A stretch of DNA of 15,449 nucleotides, taken from positions 1 to 15,449 of the forward strand of contig CAZTOS010000055.1 of the NCBI GenBank assembly GCA_964615185.1. The letters run 5' to 3'. Made by a program: the position numbers and the translations under genes. A model generated the notes under the pieces. That model saw nothing but the letters and a program-made list of their open reading frames with translations, searched no databases and was not told the origin of the DNA. The stretch comes from an uncultured Thermococci archaeon. GTDB taxonomy: Archaea; Methanobacteriota_B; Thermococci; Thermococcales; Thermococcaceae. This document shows positions 1 to 9,401 of this stretch, piece after piece; within the stretch, counting starts at the first letter, position 1, and the number at the start of each line of letters is the position of its first letter.

Positions 1-282
1 ACAAGGGTTCTCCTCTTCGAGAAGGAAAAGGGCTTTGACAGCACCGCCCAGCTGATTGAGTTTGCAAGGGATTTACACAGAGAGTGGAACAACCTGTATG
101 AAATAGCGGTCTGGAAGGAGAGCATAAACGTTAAGGGTAACAGACTGTTCTACATCCAAGCCGTCCACCAAGAAAGCGATGTAGTACCGGAAAACATTGA
201 CGCAATTAGAGCAATGTTTGAACTGACTGATAAGTGGGAGAGCATAAAGAAGACGAACAGGAGCTTGGGAATTTTGAAGTGA
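1..282 (+). CDS. gap: Archaeal (type II) phosphorylating glyceraldehyde-3-phosphate dehydrogenase, C-terminal part (5' end outside window)
   Basis: Not in the ORF track. Frame 1 is open from base 1 to TGA at 280-282 and reads [38 protein letters not shown]...[25 protein letters not shown]...[25 protein letters not shown] is the characteristic C-terminal motif of archaeal GAPDH. Confidence 0.92.
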   Translation, partial: TRVLLFEKEKGFDSTAQLIEFARDLHREWNNLYEIAVWKESINVKGNRLFYIQAVHQESDVVPENIDAIRAMFELTDKWESIKKTNRSLGILK

Positions 283-293
283 TGTTTTCTTTT
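283..293 (+). terminator. Oligo-T archaeal terminator candidate after gap
   Basis: TGTTTTCTTTT directly follows the gap stop codon. Confidence 0.45.
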
Positions 294-320
294 GAAATCC
301 TCACCCTTCAGGGAAGCAGG

Positions 321-2546
321 TCATCGGATCCACCTCCTAAACCAAGAGCGCTTTCCGATGTCCTTCTTGACGAGAAAGACGGTTTTTTCACACTCTTTTG
401 CAACTTCCACAGGCAGTTCTCCAAACAGGCTTCTGGCGAAGAGCGAGCTCTCCGAGGCGCCCATTATAACGAGGTCATAGGCACTGCACTCGGAAAGTAT
501 TGCCTTCTTAGGGTCGTTGGCGTGGACAATCTTTAGGGTGCCTCTTGCCTCATTCAGGAGCCTCATAACAGGCTCAAGACGGCGTTCTATTCTCTTCCTC
601 TCCATCCCCTCCCTATCAACGTAGAGCACTGTAACACTTGCATCGTTTTCGAGGGCGAATATTCTCGCTATTTCCGCCGCTAAAAGACTGTGAGGTCCGC
701 CTGATGTGGGGAAGAGGATCTTCCTAACTTCCTCACTCTTTCCCGGCTTCACGAGCAAAACGTCACATGGAGCCTCCACGAGCTTATCAAGGTTGCTGCC
801 AAAGATGTATCCCAGCCTCGAACGCCCCCTCCAGCCGAGCACGAGAAGATCAGCATTCTTGTTCTTTATGGCACTCATTATTCCCCTGTAAACGCTGTGG
901 GCGTAGTAGAGCACACCCCTCACGTTCACCTCTCCGCTGAGTCCTTCCCTTACCTTTCTGAGCAGTTCTAAGGCGGGGCCAGCAAAGCGGTGCGCCTCCT
1001 CAAGGGGCGTCTGCTCCGGAACTGTCACGACGCTCACGAGAGCCAGCTCACCCTTTTTAGCCCGGGTTATGATTTCACCAACCCTGGCAAGGTATAGAGC
1101 GTTCTTCGGATTTGAAATGGCCACCAGAACCTTGTAGCCTTTTGGCAACCACTCACCGAATATGATTTCCCTCTCAAATGTCTTTTTCACTTCCCTCGCC
1201 CCCTTATAGCGGGAGCTTAGTGTTAAGCCTATAATCACCCACCCCAGCGTTATGAACCATGCAGTTGGGCTCACATCGAAGATCCATATGGAGAGAATCC
1301 CTTGGAGGATTATGGCGATGAGAGGTATAACCGGGAAGTAGGGCATCAAAAACCCATACTCAAGCTCATCACCCCTTTCATACCTTATCTTTATTACCGC
1401 GGCGTTAACGAGGAGGAATATCAGCAGGAAGACTATGTCTGCGCTCGCCGCAACATCCTCTATCGGCAAAGCTATGGCAAGAGTTACCATAAGGATGGAA
1501 GAAAGAGCAAGTGCTATGTGTGGAATCCTCCTCTTAGGGTGAATCTTCGATATGAAGCGCGGGAGCTTCCCATCACGGCTTATTGCAAAGAGAACCCTCG
1601 TTGATGAGTAGATGGTGGCGTTGAGAGCTGAAGTCGAGGAGAAAATCGCCGCGAGCGTTATCAAAAGACCTCCATGGGGCATTAGGTCCTTTATCGCCTC
1701 TCCCATGCCAACGGCCCCATGGGAGGCGAACCACGTTGTTAGGTTCTCGGGCGAAACGTCGGCCCCGACTATTGCCGCAAAGGCAAAGAGGAGGTAAGTT
1801 GTCGTTACAGCCACAACAGAGTAGAGGATTGCCTTGGGTATGCTCTCCTTCGGCTCAAAGGCTTCCTCGCCGGCGTGTGCTATAACCTCGTAGCCCTCAA
1901 AGCCAACGTAGGTAAAGCCCATAGCGGCCAGAACCTTGCCCCAGCCGTTCGGGACAAAGTTGCTGAAGTGGGAGAGCCTCTCAGGGTGGAGAATAGTGTA
2001 GAACACCGCAAAGGCACCGATGAAGAGAAGGGTTGACATCTGGCCGATAGTAATCAGGTTCTCGATGTTGCCCGTTTCGGAAACGCCGATGTAGTTGATG
2101 ATCACAAAGACGGCTATTATCAGGAGCGCAAGAACCTTTATCACGAATTCGCTATCAATGCCAAGATATGAGAACCACTTCGTCCCCTCAAGGAGAAAGA
2201 CGGTGTATGTCGCAAAGGTTATGGCGTAGAGGCTTCCTGCAACGGTGAGGGCGAACCAGTTGAGCCAGCCCGAGATGAAGCCGATTATACCCCTAAACGC
2301 CTCTTCTATGTAAGTATAAGCCCCTCCAGCCGTTGGAAGCGCGGAGGCAAGTTCCGCAAAGGACATCGCCGAGAAGAGTGCCACGAGACCATTGAGGGCA
2401 AAGGCCACGAGAACCCCACCGGGACCGGCAAAGCCTATCGAGATTCCAGTGGCGACAAACACACCAGCTCCGATCATCATGCCCATGCCCATCATCATGA
2501 GGTGCCACATCGATAATCCTCGCGAGAGTCCGATCTCTTCCTCCAT
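321..2546 (-). CDS. APC-superfamily amino acid permease with C-terminal tandem universal-stress-protein (USP)-like domains
   Basis: 741 aa with about 12 hydrophobic segments. APC motifs GMMIGAGVF, SFAELASALPTAGGAYTYI, FTYVGFEGYE and SSTRVLFAISRDG. The soluble C-terminus has two USP-like repeats (KVLVAISNP...DLLVLGWRG...APCDVLLVK and KILFPTSGGPHS...DLVIMGAS...VFLVK). GGAGG RBS upstream. Confidence 0.88.
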   Translation of the reverse strand: MEEEIGLSRGLSMWHLMMMGMGMMIGAGVFVATGISIGFAGPGGVLVAFALNGLVALFSAMSFAELASALPTAGGAYTYIEEAFRGIIGFISGWLNWFALTVAGSLYAITFATYTVFLLEGTKWFSYLGIDSEFVIKVLALLIIAVFVIINYIGVSETGNIENLITIGQMSTLLFIGAFAVFYTILHPERLSHFSNFVPNGWGKVLAAMGFTYVGFEGYEVIAHAGEEAFEPKESIPKAILYSVVAVTTTYLLFAFAAIVGADVSPENLTTWFASHGAVGMGEAIKDLMPHGGLLITLAAIFSSTSALNATIYSSTRVLFAISRDGKLPRFISKIHPKRRIPHIALALSSILMVTLAIALPIEDVAASADIVFLLIFLLVNAAVIKIRYERGDELEYGFLMPYFPVIPLIAIILQGILSIWIFDVSPTAWFITLGWVIIGLTLSSRYKGAREVKKTFEREIIFGEWLPKGYKVLVAISNPKNALYLARVGEIITRAKKGELALVSVVTVPEQTPLEEAHRFAGPALELLRKVREGLSGEVNVRGVLYYAHSVYRGIMSAIKNKNADLLVLGWRGRSRLGYIFGSNLDKLVEAPCDVLLVKPGKSEEVRKILFPTSGGPHSLLAAEIARIFALENDASVTVLYVDREGMERKRIERRLEPVMRLLNEARGTLKIVHANDPKKAILSECSAYDLVIMGASESSLFARSLFGELPVEVAKECEKTVFLVKKDIGKRSWFRRWIR

Positions 2547-2547
2547 G

Positions 2548-2733
2548 CTACCGCCTCCTCCTGATCACGACATTCCTCACGGAGTTGATTTTTTGCTTGA
2601 TCCTGCGTTTCCTACGTGCTTTCCTTATCTCTTTCAGCTCCTCGATCGTCCTCTTCGATTTATAGAGGAGAAAGAGCATAAACGAATAAGCACCAACTAT
2701 TATTCCAGCCCCGATTGCATGGGAGCCATCCAA
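2548..2733 (-). CDS. Small single-pass membrane protein with very basic C-tail, upstream of and probably cotranscribed with the permease
   Basis: TTG start preceded by GGGGGAGGGAA. One hydrophobic segment (AIGAGIIVGAYSFMLFLLY) followed by a K/R-rich tail. The stop is 1 nt before the permease ATG, and the last codons contain the permease RBS. Confidence 0.65.
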   Translation of the reverse strand: MDGSHAIGAGIIVGAYSFMLFLLYKSKRTIEELKEIRKARRKRRIKQKINSVRNVVIRRRR

Positions 2734-2779
2734 TTCCCTCCCCCCATTTGATTCCCTATGCTCATTATTGGGGGTAGGG

Positions 2780-2795
2780 GGTTAAAAAGTTGGCC
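2780..2795 (-). promoter_or_regulatory. BRE/TATA promoter candidate for the small-protein/APC permease unit
   Basis: Minus strand reads GGCCAACTTTTTAACC about 50 nt upstream of the TTG start. Confidence 0.5.
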
Positions 2796-2940
2796 CTTAT
2801 CTGGGGGATTAATCTCAACCCAGAACAGGAAGTTCCCAAGTTCTTTCCCCTGGTATTTCCTCTTCCAAGAGGTATCCCAGAATTAAATTAATTAAAAGTC
2901 TCAAAGAATTAGAAGGCCGTCAAAGTTAATGTCCTTCCCC

Positions 2941-3247
2941 TTAACCGGAAAGTTCCCTGTGCATCTCCTCCAGCGCTTCTCTCTTGACCATGAGAATCGC
3001 CTTATGAACCAAGATATTGCACCCTTGTCGAGCGCAAGCTTTTCGGCATATCTCTCGGCGTATGTGTATCCTACTTCTATTCCTCCCCAGGCGGGAACAT
3101 TAGCAGTGTGGTTGCGCCTCCAGACGCTATTTGGGATTCTGATGCACTTAGTGCATGGGAGTATGTGAATTCAGCCAAGCATGATAATGGGTCGGAGATA
3201 GGATAATATAGATATCCTAATGAATTTTCATTCTTGGCAATTGCCAA
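2941..3247 (-). pseudogene. Possible frameshifted gene remnant, or a 56-aa small ORF (3077..3247)
   Basis: Minus strand has an RBS GGGGGTGA, then TTG at 3247, open to TAG at 3077 (MAIAKNENSLGYLYYPISDPL...LLMFPPGEE). Other frames downstream give protein-like stretches (GGIEVGYTYAERYAEKLALDKG; ILVHKAILMVKREALEEMHRELSG* ending at 2941). No family recognised. Confidence 0.3.
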
Positions 3248-3273
3248 TAATTCACCCCCAAGTAGGATAAGTT

Positions 3274-3289
3274 TGACATTAAAATGTCA
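3274..3289. promoter_or_regulatory. Inverted repeat, candidate transcription-factor operator
   Basis: TGACATT-AA-AATGTCA has perfect 7-bp arms. It lies between a minus-strand BRE/TATA-like CAAAAAGCCTAAAT (~3300-3313) and the RBS at ~3252-3259. Confidence 0.4.
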
Positions 3290-3361
3290 CAATTTTCAAA
3301 TTTAGGCTTTTTGGTTAATGTAATGTTTTCTTCAAGCTCCTCAAAACTCTCACTTCTCTAC

Positions 3362-4465
3362 TCAAAGTGCAATGACCGAGTAGATGAACACCAAAAAGAA
3401 CACCAGACCCGAAAGATAGGCAAAGCTATGGGGAATTGGAAGGTGAAGCTTTTTATGAATCTTTTTCGCTTTTATATACATCACTGTCGGCAGAATTCCT
3501 GCATAAAGCAAGCCACCAAATGTCCCAGCCATCCAGAGAGCATTGACAAAACTGTTTAGCCCAGCAAAGTATATGAGCAATGGTGGAATCACGGTTAAAA
3601 GCCATGCGCGTGACTTTTTGATACCAAATATCTCTTTCATGTTGTCCATCTGAGCTAAACCAATTCCAATGTAGCTGGTGCTTATTGCTGCCAATGGAAG
3701 AACTAAGCCCAAAACTTTGCCTAATCTACCGTAGAGCTGCTCAAGGGCTGAAGTTGCCAGTTCTGGAGTCTTTGAGCCAAAAGCACCAACAAATGCAAGC
3801 ACAAAGAAAGCGTAGAACACCATAGGGACAAGATATCCAATAAGAACGGCTTTTGTGGTTTTTCTAACATCTCCCAGACCTTTCAGCATTTCTGGGACAA
3901 CCATATGACTCACATAGGCAAAGACTGCCACACCAATACCTTTTGTTATGGCTGAATAATCGATCTTTGTTAAGTTTGAGAGATTTGTTTTGGGAATAAC
4001 AAGTGCTATTGCAAGGGTTAGAGCACCTAATAAAAGGAAATTCAACAAAAGTTCAGCTTCACCTGAAGCTTTCAAGCCAAGAAAGACTATTAAACTCATT
4101 ACAAACCAGAATATCAGAGCTCCAGCTTTTTCATTAATACCGGTGAGAGAAGAGAGAATGTCTCCACTTCCAGCTATGTAAGCGATCAAAGCTCCATAGC
4201 TTAGCACAGAGATACTCAAAAACATCAGATATCCTCCAACCTTTCCTAAATAGACCTCGGCAATCTTGGAGAGAGTTCCATCGCTGTGAGCGGCTAAATC
4301 GAGAACAAACAATGCTGTGAGCAATGTTAACAATCCCATTGCAATAACGATGATAATTCCCAAAAGTCCGGTATCCTTTAGAGCATAAGGCAAACCCAAA
4401 ACTCCCGCCCCAATTTGAGTTCCAATTAGGATTGCGCTCGCCTCTGCTAAGCTCAGTTTCTTCAT
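3362..4465 (-). CDS. Aromatic amino acid transport family permease (HAAAP, TyrP/Mtr-like)
   Basis: 367 aa with about 11 TM segments. N-terminal motif ILIGTQIGAGVLGLP, plus AYIAGSG, VFAYVSHMVVP and AISTSYIG. GGTGA RBS, and a TTTTAAA TATA-like box at ~4501-4507. Confidence 0.85.
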   Translation of the reverse strand: MKKLSLAEASAILIGTQIGAGVLGLPYALKDTGLLGIIIVIAMGLLTLLTALFVLDLAAHSDGTLSKIAEVYLGKVGGYLMFLSISVLSYGALIAYIAGSGDILSSLTGINEKAGALIFWFVMSLIVFLGLKASGEAELLLNFLLLGALTLAIALVIPKTNLSNLTKIDYSAITKGIGVAVFAYVSHMVVPEMLKGLGDVRKTTKAVLIGYLVPMVFYAFFVLAFVGAFGSKTPELATSALEQLYGRLGKVLGLVLPLAAISTSYIGIGLAQMDNMKEIFGIKKSRAWLLTVIPPLLIYFAGLNSFVNALWMAGTFGGLLYAGILPTVMYIKAKKIHKKLHLPIPHSFAYLSGLVFFLVFIYSVIAL

Positions 4466-4573
4466 TTTAGCATCACCAAATTCATGAACGAAAATTCACC
4501 TTTAAAATCTTGCTATATGTAAAATTGAACCCATCAAATATCAAAGAAATGCACCAATAGACACATGGATGCA

Positions 4574-5608
4574 TTAGAACACATGAATTGCCGTTGCTTT
4601 AAAGCTCGCATAAACATACTTTCCTTCCTTAATTCCCATTTCAATCAGAGAGGAGCGGGTTATAAAGGCTTTGAGCTCAATTCCACTAATATCAAGGCTT
4701 AATCTAATCAGTGAGCCCAAGTCTTCAATTGCCAAAACTTTAGCCTTAAACTCATTCCTTGCAGAAGTTTTTATTGGTTCGTTGGAAATTATGATTTCCT
4801 CTGGTCTTATACCAATTCTAACCTTTCCTTTGACTTCTATGGGCAGTTCAATTAAAATTCCATTTGCTTTCAAGATTCTGCCTTCTGCAATCCCCTCAAT
4901 TATATTTTCAAAGCCAAGAAACCTTGCAACTTCTTCATTCTTTGGTTTTCCAAAGACTTCTCTAACTTCTCCGGTCTGAATTAACCTCCCGTTGAGCATT
5001 ACTCCAACTCTGTCTCCTAAGCTCACAGCTTCCTCAAAAGAGTGGGTCACATGGAGGGCTGTAAAGTTGAGCTCCCTACGCCAGCGTTTCATTTCTTGAA
5101 TGAGCTTAGCCCTTGTTTGGACATCAAGATTTGCAAAAGGCTCATCCAAGAGAAGAAGCTTTGGCTCTAAAACCAAAGCTCTTGCAATGGCAACTCTCTG
5201 AGCCTCACCGCCACTTAATGTTTTTGGCTTTCTATGCAAGAGATGAGAGATTCCGAGGATTTCTGCAATCTCTTTAACTTTTTTCTCGACCTCACTTTTT
5301 GGAGTTTTTCTTACCTTTAGTCCATAGGCAATGTTATCATAAACCCTCATATGAGGAAAGAGCGCGTAATTTTGAGGTATGTAAGCCAAATTCCTCTTTT
5401 CTGGAGGTATGAAAGTTATGTCCTCATCGTTCATAAAAATCCTCCCAGAGTCTGGGATGAAAATTCCAGCGATAACTTCAAGAAGAAGAGTTTTCCCAGC
5501 ACCGCTTGGACCCAGAATTATGAAATACTCCCCTTTATTGACCCCAAAGCTTATTTCTCTGAGCTTGAATTCTTTCCAGTCCTTTGAGATGGATTTAACT
5601 TCAAGCAT
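4574..5608 (-). CDS. wtpC: Tungstate/molybdate ABC transporter ATP-binding protein WtpC
   Basis: Walker [10 protein letters not shown]-loop [11 protein letters not shown], signature LSGGEAQR, Walker B LLLLDEP, H-loop HVTH, and a C-terminal TOBE region ([11 protein letters not shown]...FKATAIHVF). Same operon as wtpA/B. Confidence 0.92.
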   Translation of the reverse strand: MLEVKSISKDWKEFKLREISFGVNKGEYFIILGPSGAGKTLLLEVIAGIFIPDSGRIFMNDEDITFIPPEKRNLAYIPQNYALFPHMRVYDNIAYGLKVRKTPKSEVEKKVKEIAEILGISHLLHRKPKTLSGGEAQRVAIARALVLEPKLLLLDEPFANLDVQTRAKLIQEMKRWRRELNFTALHVTHSFEEAVSLGDRVGVMLNGRLIQTGEVREVFGKPKNEEVARFLGFENIIEGIAEGRILKANGILIELPIEVKGKVRIGIRPEEIIISNEPIKTSARNEFKAKVLAIEDLGSLIRLSLDISGIELKAFITRSSLIEMGIKEGKYVYASFKATAIHVF

Positions 5609-5612
5609 GGCA

Positions 5613-6326
5613 TCACCTTGTTATTCTATCGAGGAATTCTTTTAGACCTGATTCCTTGAGAAAATCCTTCATAAGTTTTGGCTTTTCATTAATCAGCTTT
5701 TCAACGAATTTTCTATAAAGCCCAGACATTGAGTCTCCATCGTAGTCTTTGGCAATAGCGAGAACATGCATAACATCTTTGGGTTTGAGCCTTCTCTGGG
5801 CATCCTCTTTGAGCTGATTTAAGGAACGCTCAAAGTGTGATAATGTGCTCTCTTTTTCTGCAAGCGCCGTGAGTAAAAGTTCAAGCTCTTTCTTTTTCTC
5901 AATGTTCGGATTATCAATGTTGATATTGCCAAGGCCAAAGGGTATAACTTCAATATCCCCAATCCACAAGGAGGTTTCTTTCACAACTGGATGAAACTGT
6001 CTAAGAGAACTTTTTGCCCACTCCATAATATTCAGAGTGGTATCTATATCCCTCACCACACCAACTTTATGGAGTTTTACCTTATGGAATCTTGCCCATA
6101 AAAGTATGTTTTTAAGAACTCTTTTCATCCTGTTTTTGTCCTGAGCAGTAATAAGAGCGATAACAGTGTCCCTTCGTCTGAATGTGATAGGAGGCAAATT
6201 AAGCCCAGCCTCGCTAAGTCCCTCTACTTCAACTTTCTCCTTTTTAAAACCATAAACTTTCTCGATTAAAGTCTCGAAGAAAGCCTTATCTGTTGACCCT
6301 TCAACAAGTAATAGGCTGAGATTCAT
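5613..6326 (-). CDS. DUF3226-like, TOPRIM-fold putative nuclease
   Basis: N-terminal [13 protein letters not shown] (TOPRIM EGxxD), central VVRDID (DxD) and a later acidic KELELLL motif. Starts 3 nt after the ATPase stop. Its own TGA stop forms part of the wtpC RBS (AGGTGA). Confidence 0.75.
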   Translation of the reverse strand: MNLSLLLVEGSTDKAFFETLIEKVYGFKKEKVEVEGLSEAGLNLPPITFRRRDTVIALITAQDKNRMKRVLKNILLWARFHKVKLHKVGVVRDIDTTLNIMEWAKSSLRQFHPVVKETSLWIGDIEVIPFGLGNINIDNPNIEKKKELELLLTALAEKESTLSHFERSLNQLKEDAQRRLKPKDVMHVLAIAKDYDGDSMSGLYRKFVEKLINEKPKLMKDFLKESGLKEFLDRITR

Positions 6327-6329
6327 GGT

Positions 6330-7346
6330 TCATCCCCTTAGGTCGATTCCAAGATCCTCTCTTAGTTCCTTAGCATTTTCAAATGTCTCAATACTATGTG
6401 TAAGCTTTCCATTTTCACGCTTCATGTAAACTATCCTTCCATCGATTTTAGCCTTGATACCCTCTTCAAGGAGCATATCAATAAGCTCAAGGCTGTGAGT
6501 CGTTAGAAACACCTGAACGTTGTTTTCCTTTGCTCCCTTGATGAGAGTCTGTGCCATAATTCTCAGAGATTTTGGATGGTGAAATGCTTCTGCCGAGTCA
6601 ATAAGGAGGTAACCATTCTTTAGAAGTGCCGAGAGAAAGGCAATAATCATGGCACTTTTGAAGCCTTCGCCCATGAGATAGTATGGATACACCCCATATT
6701 TTGTTTCCACATGGAGTATCCAGCGGTTTACTTTGAAAAGCGGGCTGAATCCTTCAATTTCTGGGTAGGCAACACTAAGTATTTTAACACTTTTCTTCAC
6801 CACTTTTTGCTCATATGCATGTGAGTACAGGCTTTCGATATAGCCAAACCTCCTAAATTCCAATGGTGTTAGAAACTCAAATCCCACATCCGGGGTGAAT
6901 TTTGATGAGAGCATAAAGCTCGAAAACACCATATTGTCTACTAAACTAAATTTCTGGAATCGGGTATTTAGTAGAGGGGGATTTTCTGCAGTTGCTTTGT
7001 TTCCTTTGATTAGCATTGCAACGAGTTCATTTCCATGACCATTTTGCAAAGCAAGCTTTAATAACTCATTGTCTTTTATGGCATCAACCTTGAGAACTCG
7101 AGATTCTTTGTGAAACAAATCTTCTACAGCTTGTTCTCCATACCATCCTCTCCATATCAGAATCCCCTGCAGAGTCTCTTTAAATGACTGATTACCATTA
7201 CATGCACCCAGTAGAAGTGCAAGAGCCTCAAGAATACTTGATTTGCACGAATTGTTTTTTCCTGCAATTACATTAACCTGCCCAAGATTTTCAAGTTCCA
7301 AACTCCTAATCCCTCTGAAGTTCTCAATCTTAAGATAGCTTATCAT
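6330..7346 (-). CDS. ABC-type (AAA_15/AAA_21, OLD/AriA-like) ATPase
   Basis: ISYLKIENFRGI start, Walker A GKNNSCKS, signature-like MGEGFK, Walker B/D-loop LLIDSAEAFHHP, H-loop FLTTHS, no TM segments. The ATG at 7346 fits RBS spacing better than the track's ATG at 7352. Confidence 0.85.
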   Translation of the reverse strand: MISYLKIENFRGIRSLELENLGQVNVIAGKNNSCKSSILEALALLLGACNGNQSFKETLQGILIWRGWYGEQAVEDLFHKESRVLKVDAIKDNELLKLALQNGHGNELVAMLIKGNKATAENPPLLNTRFQKFSLVDNMVFSSFMLSSKFTPDVGFEFLTPLEFRRFGYIESLYSHAYEQKVVKKSVKILSVAYPEIEGFSPLFKVNRWILHVETKYGVYPYYLMGEGFKSAMIIAFLSALLKNGYLLIDSAEAFHHPKSLRIMAQTLIKGAKENNVQVFLTTHSLELIDMLLEEGIKAKIDGRIVYMKRENGKLTHSIETFENAKELREDLGIDLRG

Positions 7347-7397
7347 CCGCATCCCCTTCTAATTCTTTGAATTTCTCAATCTTAAAGCTTATCTTCC
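7303..7397. repeat. Imperfect tandem duplication (~45 bp units) of the ATPase 5' end
   Basis: 7303-7348 ctcctaatccctctgaagttctcaatcttaagatagcttatcatcc aligns with 7356-7397 cttctaatt-ctttgaatttctcaatcttaa---agcttatcttcc. Confidence 0.8.
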
Positions 7398-8138
7398 ACT
7401 GCTCGACCTCCCCGCGAGCCATCTCAAAACAATGAATATACTCAGGCTTAACAGTACAAGGATAACTGAGATTGGCGTTGAAGCCCTCAATCCATAGTTG
7501 TTGAAATACTCCATAACTAAAACTTGAGCTGTTTTCGGATAATAAGCAACAATTAAAATGGCTCCAACCTCACTTATTGCCCTCGCCCATGTCATTATAG
7601 CTCCGCTGAAGATTGAAGGTAAAGCCAAAGGTAAGCTAACCGTAAAGAATGCTTTAAGCTTTGATGCCCCTAAGGTTCTTGCTACATGCTCAAGCTTTTC
7701 ATCAACAGCCAAGAACCCATCACGAGCGGCATTTATCGTAAACGGTGCAGAAACAAAGAGCATCGCCATGATTATTCCCAGATAGCTGTCGAGAATCCTG
7801 TTTGAAAAGGTCACGAGGAGCATGATACCAACAACAGAGTGAGGGATTACAATCGGAACATCAACGACAGCTTGAACAAAGCTTTTGCCTCTAAAATCTT
7901 TTCTCGCCAAAACGTAGCCGAGGGGAACACCGAAGAAAAGAGATATCAGCATTGTAGCTGTTGAGGTTAGGAGGGAGTTTCTAAGTGCCTTTAAAACAAC
8001 CTCATCATGGAGTGCTTTTACAAGCATTTCCCAGTCGAGGAGTTGCTTGCTTATGATAACAACTAATGGCAGAAGGATATACAGCACAAGGAACGTTCCA
8101 ATCAGAGCAAAGAACGCTGTTACATAGTCACGCTTCAT
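7389..8138 (-). CDS. wtpB: Tungstate/molybdate ABC transporter permease WtpB
   Basis: ModB-like: [25 protein letters not shown] loop [31 protein letters not shown]. Confidence 0.92.
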   Translation of the reverse strand: MKRDYVTAFFALIGTFLVLYILLPLVVIISKQLLDWEMLVKALHDEVVLKALRNSLLTSTATMLISLFFGVPLGYVLARKDFRGKSFVQAVVDVPIVIPHSVVGIMLLVTFSNRILDSYLGIIMAMLFVSAPFTINAARDGFLAVDEKLEHVARTLGASKLKAFFTVSLPLALPSIFSGAIMTWARAISEVGAILIVAYYPKTAQVLVMEYFNNYGLRASTPISVILVLLSLSIFIVLRWLAGRSSSGR

Positions 8139-8150
8139 ATCTTCACCTCT

Positions 8151-8176
8151 GAAAAGGAAAAATAAAAATAAAAAGG
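8151..8176 (-). terminator. Intra-operon oligo-T tract between wtpA and wtpB
   Basis: Minus strand after the wtpA stop reads CCTTTTTATTTTTATTTTTCCTTTTC, then the wtpB RBS. Confidence 0.55.

Positions 8177-9401
<1,225 letters not shown>

Noticed and set aside
1180..1188. GTCTTTTTC match to the start of the predicted TnpB guide
   Set aside because: Only 9 nt of low-complexity sequence, as expected by chance.
2474..2498. catcat/gcccat microrepeat
   Set aside because: Simply encodes the Met/Gly-rich TM1 (MMMGMGMM) of the permease.
234..2751. Short ORFs 234..536, 292..480, 706..891, 1302..1604, 1612..1797, 2293..2508 and 2392..2751
   Set aside because: They are antisense or out-of-frame shadows of gap or the APC permease, with no recognisable motifs.
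2801..2880. Small inverted repeats (CTGGG...CCCAG with a GATTAATC core; CCTCTT-CC-AAGAGG)
   Set aside because: The arms are only 5-6 bp, with no recognisable RNA or MITE structure and no target duplication.
2929..3168. 79-aa plus-strand ORF
   Set aside because: No RBS or recognisable family. The expression signals in this spacer point to the minus strand. Not strictly excluded.
3284..5645. Plus-strand ORFs 3284..3559, 3990..4181, 4671..4979, 5351..5587 and 5409..5645
   Set aside because: Antisense to well-supported permease and wtpC genes.
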